The notes below the pieces were generated by a model, which was given only the letters and a program-made list of their open reading frames with translations, did not search any database and had not been told where the DNA came from. From Nitrosopumilaceae archaeon (lineage in GTDB: Archaea; Thermoproteota; Nitrososphaeria; Nitrososphaerales; Nitrosopumilaceae), in assembly GCA_040877685.1 (NCBI GenBank), contig JBBDNF010000060.1:9812-18716 (forward strand): a stretch of 8,905 nt of DNA, read 5' to 3'. Of the stretch, positions 1 through 5,138 are shown piece by piece. Numbering within the stretch: the first letter of the stretch is position 1; each line of letters opens with the position of its first letter. The position numbers and the translations under genes were made by a program.

Positions 1-87
1 AAGCTTACGCAATGAACCTGCAATGCCCGCTGTAATGGCAGTTTTTCCTACGCCAGTATCAGTGCCAGTAACAAAATATGCTCTCAT
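1..87 (-). CDS. bioD: Dethiobiotin synthetase BioD, first 29 codons only (gene runs off the left edge)
   Basis: Reverse complement of 1-87 reads MRAYFVTGTDTGVGKTAITAGIAGSLRKL. FVTGTDTxVGKT is the BioD N-terminal P-loop (E. coli, from memory: MSKRYFVTGTDTEVGKT). The gene is divergent from bioA. Confidence 0.85.
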   Translation of the reverse strand, partial: MRAYFVTGTDTGVGKTAITAGIAGSLRKL

Positions 88-130
88 AGGTATTATTTGC
101 TCTTGTTACTTATGAGTTCAGCGTATCGTT

Positions 131-159
131 ATTAATGCCAAAACCAGATTTGCATTAAT
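131..159. promoter_or_regulatory. Inverted repeat ATTAATGC-N13-GCATTAAT spanning the bioA TATA box to the bioA start codon; candidate operator
   Basis: ATTAATGC at 131-138 and its exact reverse complement GCATTAAT at 152-159, with a 13-nt spacer. The left arm overlaps the TATA-like TTATTAAT (129-136, 23-30 nt upstream of TTG 159). The right arm abuts the start codon. Confidence 0.35.
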
Positions 160-1478
160 TGAACTCTAAGAATTTTGTCTGGCATCCATACACACAGATG
201 AGAGAATGGAAAACGTTTGATGTCATAACAAAAGGCGAGGGGATGTGGCTTATTGATTCTAAAGGAAACAAACTACTTGATGGTGTTGCAAGTATGTGGT
301 GCAATGTCTGGGGACACTCTAAAAAAGAGCTTGTGAATGCGATGATAAGCCAAACCAAAAAGCTACAACACTCATCACTGTTTAATCTTACAAACGACAA
401 AGCAGAGATTCTAGCAGAAAAACTCGTTAGCGTTTCACCTGGAATGAAAAAGGTGTTTTATTCTGATGACGGTTCTACTGCGATGGAAATTACTGCGAAG
501 ATGGCTATTCAGTATTGGCAAAACACTGGAATCAAAAACAAAACTAAGTTTGTTTCACTAGAAAATGGATATCATGGTGATACAATTGGTGCAATGTCGT
601 TAGGTTACGTCCCATTTTTCTTTTCAAAATTCAAAAAATTACTTTTCCCCATAATTAGAACTCCAACACCGGACAGGTATAGAATGCCAACTGGATTTAC
701 TTTCAAAGAATATCAGAATTATTGCCTTGAAAAAATAGAAAATATATTTTCAAAAAGAGATGATGTTGCAGCTTTTGTTATGGAAAGCGGGGCTCAGGTT
801 ACAGGTGGCGTTATAATTTATCCACCGCAATTTCAGAAAAAAGTGAGTCAGCTATGTAAGAAGTACAATGTGTTGTTTATTGTAGATGAGATTGCCACTG
901 GATTTGGCCGTTTAGGCTCGTTTATAGAATACGTGTCACAAAACAGCATGCCTGACATTGTTTCGTATGGAAAAATGCTCACAGGCGGGTATTTGCCTCT
1001 GGCAGCAACTCTTACAAACAAAAAAATCTACGATGCATTTCTTGGTAGCTATAAGGAAATGAGACATTTCTTTCATGGTCATACCTTTACAGGAAATCCA
1101 CTTGCTGCTGCTACCGCCATTGTAAATCTTGAATTGTATAAGAAAAACAAGCTAATTTCAAAGATCAAACAAAATTCAAAACGCTTTGAAAAAAGAATTG
1201 ATGAGATCAAAAATTTGTCATTGGTAGGAGATGTAAGACACAAAGGAATGCTTATGGGAATCGAGCTTGTAAGTGACAAGAAGAAAAAAACTCCAATCAA
1301 ACCAGAAAAATCTATACCCAAGAAAATTTTTGTCGAAGCGAAAAGACACAAAATATACTTACGAACACTTGGAAACATAGTTATGCTTGTACCACCACTT
1401 GCAATTTCTGCAAGTGAACTTGATTTTTTACTCGACGGTACTATTGATACAATAAAAAAAGTCACGAAGGAAGTTTAA
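159..1478 (+). CDS. bioA: Adenosylmethionine-8-amino-7-oxononanoate aminotransferase (BioA, class III PLP aminotransferase)
   Basis: 439-aa ORF with N-terminal WHPYTQM, DEIATGFGRLG and the PLP-lysine context SYGKMLTGGYLPLAAT (E. coli, from memory: DEIATGFGRTG, GKALTGG). The conserved WHPYTQM lies upstream of the first ATG (198), so the TTG at 159 is the likely start. bio gene neighbourhood. Confidence 0.95.
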   Translation: MNSKNFVWHPYTQMREWKTFDVITKGEGMWLIDSKGNKLLDGVASMWCNVWGHSKKELVNAMISQTKKLQHSSLFNLTNDKAEILAEKLVSVSPGMKKVFYSDDGSTAMEITAKMAIQYWQNTGIKNKTKFVSLENGYHGDTIGAMSLGYVPFFFSKFKKLLFPIIRTPTPDRYRMPTGFTFKEYQNYCLEKIENIFSKRDDVAAFVMESGAQVTGGVIIYPPQFQKKVSQLCKKYNVLFIVDEIATGFGRLGSFIEYVSQNSMPDIVSYGKMLTGGYLPLAATLTNKKIYDAFLGSYKEMRHFFHGHTFTGNPLAAATAIVNLELYKKNKLISKIKQNSKRFEKRIDEIKNLSLVGDVRHKGMLMGIELVSDKKKKTPIKPEKSIPKKIFVEAKRHKIYLRTLGNIVMLVPPLAISASELDFLLDGTIDTIKKVTKEV

Positions 1479-1484
1479 ACTAAA

Positions 1485-1700
1485 CTATCGTCTTCGTGCT
1501 CTTCTAAGTTTTATTGCAAGCTCTCTAATCTGTCGGTTTCTTACCGCGATGGAAGCTTTCAGTCGCGTTCCTTCCCTTCTCGCTATGTCGCGTTCTCGCT
1601 TAGCTTTGTTAGCAGCTGCATGAGCGGTAATCAGTTGCTTGCGTGTTGGAGCGGGCTTAGCTCGCCTCTTTGATCTTTTTGATCGTCTTTTAGACGCCAT
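1485..1700 (-). CDS. Hypothetical 71-aa extremely basic protein (28 K+R, 4 D+E), predicted helical; nucleic-acid binding is a guess
   Basis: ATG-initiated ORF, MASKRRSKRSKRRAKPAPTRKQ...IRELAIKLRRARRR. TATA-like CTTAATTAT lies 21-29 nt upstream of the ATG. The stop is 6 nt from the bioA stop. 104/216 nt are G+C by my count, well above the flanks. I recognise no family. Confidence 0.5.
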   Translation of the reverse strand: MASKRRSKRSKRRAKPAPTRKQLITAHAAANKAKRERDIARREGTRLKASIAVRNRQIRELAIKLRRARRR

Positions 1701-1720
1701 GCACAGCCTGCAGAAAAGTG

Positions 1721-1729
1721 ATAATTAAG
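1721..1729 (-). promoter_or_regulatory. TATA-like box (CTTAATTAT on minus strand) for the basic 71-aa ORF
   Basis: A/T-only element 21-29 nt upstream of ATG 1700. The same spacing is seen at most genes in this window, which suggests short or absent leaders. Confidence 0.4.
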
Positions 1730-1804
1730 TATAGTGTATAAATCGTTTTCAACTCATCAAGCTTAACATTACACCTCATCTCATATCACATAGAAGGAAA
1801 ACTC

Positions 1805-1969
1805 ATGCCACAGATTCGCATTTGCCCAAATTGTAAGAAAATTCTGCAAGTGGATGAAGTTCACACATGCCCAAGGACAACTGCATCATCAGAGTTTGTT
1901 GTATGCAACAAGTGTGGACACAAATACAGAGCTGGACAAGGACACATTTGTCCAACTATGATAAAGTAA
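1805..1969 (+). CDS. Hypothetical 54-aa tandem zinc-knuckle micro-protein (2 x CxxC-x9-HxCP); absent from the supplied ORF track
   Basis: My translation from ATG 1805 to TAA 1967-1969 is MPQIRICPNCKKILQVDEVHTCPRTTASSEFVVCNKCGHKYRAGQGHICPTMIK. C7/C10/H20/C22 and C34/C37/H47/C49 have identical internal spacing, and both units end in HxCP. The antisense 66-aa track ORF 1861-2061 has no such features. Confidence 0.55.
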   Translation: MPQIRICPNCKKILQVDEVHTCPRTTASSEFVVCNKCGHKYRAGQGHICPTMIK

Positions 1970-2002
1970 TACAAACTATGATTGAGTGTTAGACAAAAAA
2001 AG

Positions 2003-2032
2003 CGTAAACTTGATGAATTTTTGTGGTTTACA
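2003..2032. promoter_or_regulatory. BirA-operator-like (bioO-like) inverted repeat CGTAAACT-N14-GGTTTACA upstream of bioB
   Basis: GTAAAC at 2004-2009 and GTTTAC at 2026-2031 are exact reverse complements 16 nt apart. The right arm GGTTTACAA equals the right half-site of E. coli bioO as I recall it. The site ends 12 nt upstream of the bioB TATA-like box. Confidence 0.4.
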
Positions 2033-2044
2033 ATTACAATAATC

Positions 2045-2052
2045 TTAATTAA
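2045..2052 (+). promoter_or_regulatory. TATA-like box TTAATTAA for bioB-bioF
   Basis: Lies 22-29 nt upstream of GTG 2074. Confidence 0.45.
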
Positions 2053-2073
2053 TGGATTCAAAAAACAAACACT

Positions 2074-3054
2074 GTGAATCTAGAGCAGACTTTTATTATG
2101 CAATGCAAGAAAAAAGTTCTGTCTGGACAAAAGATCACTGCAGACGAAGCGGTTTCACTTATCAATATCCCAGATGAAACATTACAATTTCTTTCTGATG
2201 CCGCAAATGAAATAACTCGAGCATTTAATGGCAATATAGTTGACGTAGAAACTCTGATCAACGCAAAAAAAGGCACCTGCCCAGAAGATTGTACGTTTTG
2301 TTCCCAATCAGGATTTTACAAAACAGGTATTGGCACTTACAAACTTTTACCAGCTGAAATTATAGTAGATAATGCAAGAAAAGCAAAAGATAGTGGAGCA
2401 AAAAGCTTCTGCCTTGTTTGCGCGTGGCGTGGACCCTCAGAACGTGACTTTGAGGAAATCTGCAAAATTATTGAAAAAGTAAACTCTGAGGTTGGCATTG
2501 AGGTGAATTGTTCTCTTGGATTTATCACCAATAACATGGCCAAACATCTCAAAAAGCTTGATGTAAAACGATACAACCATAATTTGGAGACGGCTCAAAG
2601 CTTCTTTACAAAAATATGCACTACACATACCTACCAAGATAGAATTGATACTGCACAGATAGTTAAAAAAAATGGCCTAGAGCTTTGCTGCGGAGGAATT
2701 CTTGGCATGGGAGAGTCCAGAATGCAAAGACTCGAGTTTGGTCTTGATCTTGCAAAACTAGATCCGGAAGAATGTCCAATCAACCTACTAGTTCCACAAA
2801 AAGGAACACCACTTGAGCTCCAACCAAAACTTTCCATAGGCGAAATACTACGTACGGTAGCGATGTTTAGATTTTTGATGCCAAAAACTATTCTTAAGAT
2901 AGCTGGAGGTCGTGAGGTTCATCTTGCAAATGATCAAGAAAAAGTTCTTCTTGGAGGAGCAAATGGAATTATAACTGGAGGCTATCTTACTATTGGTGGT
3001 AACACACCACAAGAAGACTTTCAGATGATCTCAAAAATAGGTCTTGAAGCATAA
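2074..3054 (+). CDS. bioB: Biotin synthase (radical SAM) BioB
   Basis: CPEDCTFC is the CxxxCxxC radical-SAM motif. FCLVCAW, EVNCSLG, LCCGGILGMGE and IAGGRE align with the E. coli auxiliary-cluster ligands C97/C128/C188/R260. YNHNLET and TYQDRIDT are also conserved. Start is GTG 2074, favoured by TATA spacing, or ATG 2098. Confidence 0.95.
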   Translation: MNLEQTFIMQCKKKVLSGQKITADEAVSLINIPDETLQFLSDAANEITRAFNGNIVDVETLINAKKGTCPEDCTFCSQSGFYKTGIGTYKLLPAEIIVDNARKAKDSGAKSFCLVCAWRGPSERDFEEICKIIEKVNSEVGIEVNCSLGFITNNMAKHLKKLDVKRYNHNLETAQSFFTKICTTHTYQDRIDTAQIVKKNGLELCCGGILGMGESRMQRLEFGLDLAKLDPEECPINLLVPQKGTPLELQPKLSIGEILRTVAMFRFLMPKTILKIAGGREVHLANDQEKVLLGGANGIITGGYLTIGGNTPQEDFQMISKIGLEA

Positions 3055-4174
3055 ATTTAATTTTGTATCATCTAACCTTGAAAAAATAAAATCAAGGAAC
3101 CTTTACAGAAAACTGCATGACAACAAAATAGATGGCCCATATATTACATTCAAAAGAAAAAAACTGATCAATCTTTGTTCAAATGATTATCTTGGGCTCC
3201 ATACAAATCACATTTCAAAAAGACAGATGCAGTCAAGCTCAAGACTTGTTGCGGGAAATGATCTTTCCTTTAGAGTTTTAGAAGAAAAGCTGGCAAGACA
3301 CAAATCACAAGAGTCTGCGCTGATATTTCCCACAGGCTATATGGCAAACTTGGGTTCCATAGCTACACTTGCTCACAAGGGCGATCTGATTCTCAGTGAT
3401 GAGTTAAACCATGCAAGCATAATCGAGGCGTGCAGGCTTTCAGGTGCAAAGATCGCGGTCTACAGGCACAACAATATGAAAGACCTTGAGAGGAAGCTCA
3501 AACAGCAAGCAAACCACAGGTTCATAATCACAGAAGGCATCTTTAGCATGGATGGGGATTTTTCAAATCTTAAGGAGATCTCAGACATTGCCACCAGAAA
3601 AGGGGCAATAGTTGTACTTGATGATGCACATGGAGACTTTGTGGCAGGTAAGGATGGCAAGGGAACTGCTGAATACTTTGGAGTTGCAAAAAAAATTGAT
3701 GTATATGTGAGTAGTCTAAGCAAAGGGCTTGGTGCATTTGGTGGCTATGTTGCATCAAAAAAAGATGTAATTGAACTTATGATAAATACCTCAAGGCCTT
3801 TTATCTACACATCAGCTCTGCCAAGATTCATTGTTGAATTTGCATTGAAAAGATTTCTTTCAAAAAGAGAAAAACAGAGGAAAAAACTATGGAAAAATGT
3901 CAAATTGTTGCACCTCGGTCTAAAATCTCTTGGATATGAGATCAATTCGTCAAACCAGATAATTCCGATCATAATAGGAAATGAAAAAACAGCAATGCAG
4001 TTTGGAAGATATCTTTTTGAAAAAGGAATATTTGCGCAACCAATAAGATATCCCACTGTTCCACTTGGTAGCGCAAGAATAAGAGTTTCAGTTACTGCTT
4101 GGTTATCAAAAGATCACCTTGACAAGTCTATTAATGCATTTGAATCTGCGGGCAAAAAATTTGGTATTTTGTAG
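3044..4174 (+). CDS. bioF: 8-amino-7-oxononanoate synthase BioF (alpha-oxoamine synthase family)
   Basis: NDYLGL, FSMDGD, DDAHG and the PLP-lysine context SSLSKGLGAFGGY match BioF/Kbl-type enzymes, and the bio context favours BioF. The only plausible start is TTG 3044, since the next in-frame ATG is 61 codons downstream. The gene overlaps the bioB 3' end by 11 nt. Confidence 0.9.
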   Translation: MKHKFNFVSSNLEKIKSRNLYRKLHDNKIDGPYITFKRKKLINLCSNDYLGLHTNHISKRQMQSSSRLVAGNDLSFRVLEEKLARHKSQESALIFPTGYMANLGSIATLAHKGDLILSDELNHASIIEACRLSGAKIAVYRHNNMKDLERKLKQQANHRFIITEGIFSMDGDFSNLKEISDIATRKGAIVVLDDAHGDFVAGKDGKGTAEYFGVAKKIDVYVSSLSKGLGAFGGYVASKKDVIELMINTSRPFIYTSALPRFIVEFALKRFLSKREKQRKKLWKNVKLLHLGLKSLGYEINSSNQIIPIIIGNEKTAMQFGRYLFEKGIFAQPIRYPTVPLGSARIRVSVTAWLSKDHLDKSINAFESAGKKFGIL

Positions 4175-4211
4175 CCGATAACGTAATCGATCTGCAAAAA
4201 ATTAGAGAAAA

Positions 4212-4301
4212 CTAACCCATGCGAAAAAGGAAATTTGCATAGATTGCGCCTACCAGAAGACCGCCCAATATTATTCCGATTATTATGAATCTCTTGTTCA
4301 C
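4212..4301 (-). CDS. Candidate 29-aa single-pass membrane micro-protein; absent from the ORF track
   Basis: From GTG at 4301 on the minus strand: (M)NKRFIIIGIILGGLLVGAIYANFLFRMG, then TAG at 4214-4212. It has a basic N-terminus followed by an approximately 20-residue hydrophobic helix. TATA-like ATTTTTATC (4324-4332) lies 23-31 nt upstream. Short length and a GTG start keep confidence low. Confidence 0.3.
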   Translation of the reverse strand: MNKRFIIIGIILGGLLVGAIYANFLFRMG

Positions 4302-4333
4302 ATGATGCCCTCAATATTAGGGAGATAAAAATT

Positions 4334-4366
4334 GATCTGGCCGCGATCTGGAACAGATTTGGAACA
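4334..4366. repeat. Three head-to-tail 11-bp repeats (GATCTGGCCGC / GATCTGGAACA / GATTTGGAACA) between divergent promoters; candidate regulator binding array
   Basis: Units are at 4334-4344, 4345-4355 and 4356-4366. Units 2 and 3 match at 10 of 11 positions, and all three share GATYTGG. The array lies between the mini-ORF TATA (4324-4332) and the ccdA TATA (4371-4380). Confidence 0.5.
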
Positions 4367-4370
4367 AGCT

Positions 4371-4380
4371 ATTAATAAAA
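4371..4380 (+). promoter_or_regulatory. TATA-like box ATTAATAAAA for ccdA
   Basis: Lies 20-29 nt upstream of ATG 4400. Confidence 0.45.
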
Positions 4381-4399
4381 AAATACCATATTCATACAG

Positions 4400-5134
4400 A
4401 TGCAAGAAGTTACTATTGCTATAGCAGCCATAGCAGGGTTGGGTTCATTCCTAGCACCATGCATTTTACCTATGATACCTGCCTTTTTGGCATATATCTC
4501 TGGAACCACCATAACCGAACTTCAACGAAATAATGGAACTATCAACCTAGTTGCAAATAGGCTTAATATTGTACTAAATACGGTCTTTTTTGTACTTGGG
4601 TTTTCAGTTGTCTTTTCTGTTTTTGGCGTGATTCTAAATAGTGTATTATCTAGCTCAGCAGCAAATTTGATTTCTGGATTTAATCAGATAGGCGGAGTTA
4701 TTATTATTGGCTTTGGTGGATTCATGTTACTATCTACTAAATTCAAAAATCTTAATTTTGAAAAAAGATTCTTTCCCAATCGCACAAAAGCTAGTTATCC
4801 ACTTTCATTTCTTTTTGGATTAGCCTTTGCAGCTGGTTGGACTCCATGTATTGGACCAATCTTGGGAAGCATTCTAACTTTAGCTGCAACATCACCAGGA
4901 CAATCATTTACTTTACTTCTAACCTATTCGTTAGGACTTGGAATTCCGTTTATCTTAATGGGAATTTTCTTTTCTAGGTTTACAAGGTTAATCAAATCGT
5001 TAAGCAAACATTTGAAATACTATTCCATAATCATGGGCTCTTTTATCATAGTGCTAGGAGTTTTAGTATACACAAACCAGCTTGCAACAATTGCAAGCTT
5101 TCCATTGCTGAATAATCTGTTATTGCCAGGATGA
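4400..5134 (+). CDS. ccdA: CcdA/DsbD-family transmembrane thiol:disulfide electron transporter
   Basis: Polytopic hydrophobic 244-aa protein with the two signature membrane-embedded cysteine motifs, APCILPMIP and WTPCIGPILG. It is followed 4 nt later by a thioredoxin-fold partner. Confidence 0.9.
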   Translation: MQEVTIAIAAIAGLGSFLAPCILPMIPAFLAYISGTTITELQRNNGTINLVANRLNIVLNTVFFVLGFSVVFSVFGVILNSVLSSSAANLISGFNQIGGVIIIGFGGFMLLSTKFKNLNFEKRFFPNRTKASYPLSFLFGLAFAAGWTPCIGPILGSILTLAATSPGQSFTLLLTYSLGLGIPFILMGIFFSRFTRLIKSLSKHLKYYSIIMGSFIIVLGVLVYTNQLATIASFPLLNNLLLPG

Positions 5135-5138
5135 GAAG

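Noticed and set aside
1-6. The window begins with a HindIII site (AAGCTT), considered as a cloning boundary or vector junction
   Set aside because: AAGCTT recurs several times inside ordinary genes in this window, for example near 1759, 2404, 2546 and 2598. The BioD reading frame continues straight through it, so there is no sign of vector sequence.
155-1465. Minus-strand track ORFs 155-400 (81 aa) and 1079-1465 (128 aa) inside bioA
   Set aside because: They are antisense shadows of a strongly supported BioA reading frame. They have low-complexity Ser/Phe/Ile-rich translations and no motifs or promoter context.
1718-1736. Shared 10-mer GTGATAATTA (followed within a few nt by TAGTG) at 1718-1736 and 7407-7421, considered as a specific shared regulatory motif
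   Set aside because: Both copies lie in A/T-rich TATA-box regions of minus-strand promoters. The match is mostly generic TATA-like sequence, the distances to the two start codons differ, and a 10-mer match is plausible by chance in AT-rich DNA.
2010-2016. TTGATGA resembling a C-box of a C/D box sRNA in the bioB upstream region
   Set aside because: No CUGA D-box lies at the expected 40-60 nt distance; the nearest candidate is CTGTGA. There is no terminal stem, and the motif sits in the spacer of the bioO-like palindrome.
1861-2276. Minus-strand track ORFs 1861-2061 (66 aa) and 2058-2276 (72 aa)
   Set aside because: The first is antisense to the zinc-knuckle ORF and crosses the bioB promoter and operator region. 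The second is antisense to the bioB 5' end. Neither has recognisable features, and the plus-strand readings explain the sequence better.
2337-4314. Minus-strand track ORFs inside bioB and bioF (2337-2576, 2437-2637, 2631-2837, 3460-3723, 3570-3758, 3805-4056, 4114-4314)
   Set aside because: All are antisense to well-supported bioB and bioF frames. ORF 4114-4314 additionally runs into the bioF 3' end, and a different frame of the same stretch gives a far more protein-like 29-aa TM peptide.
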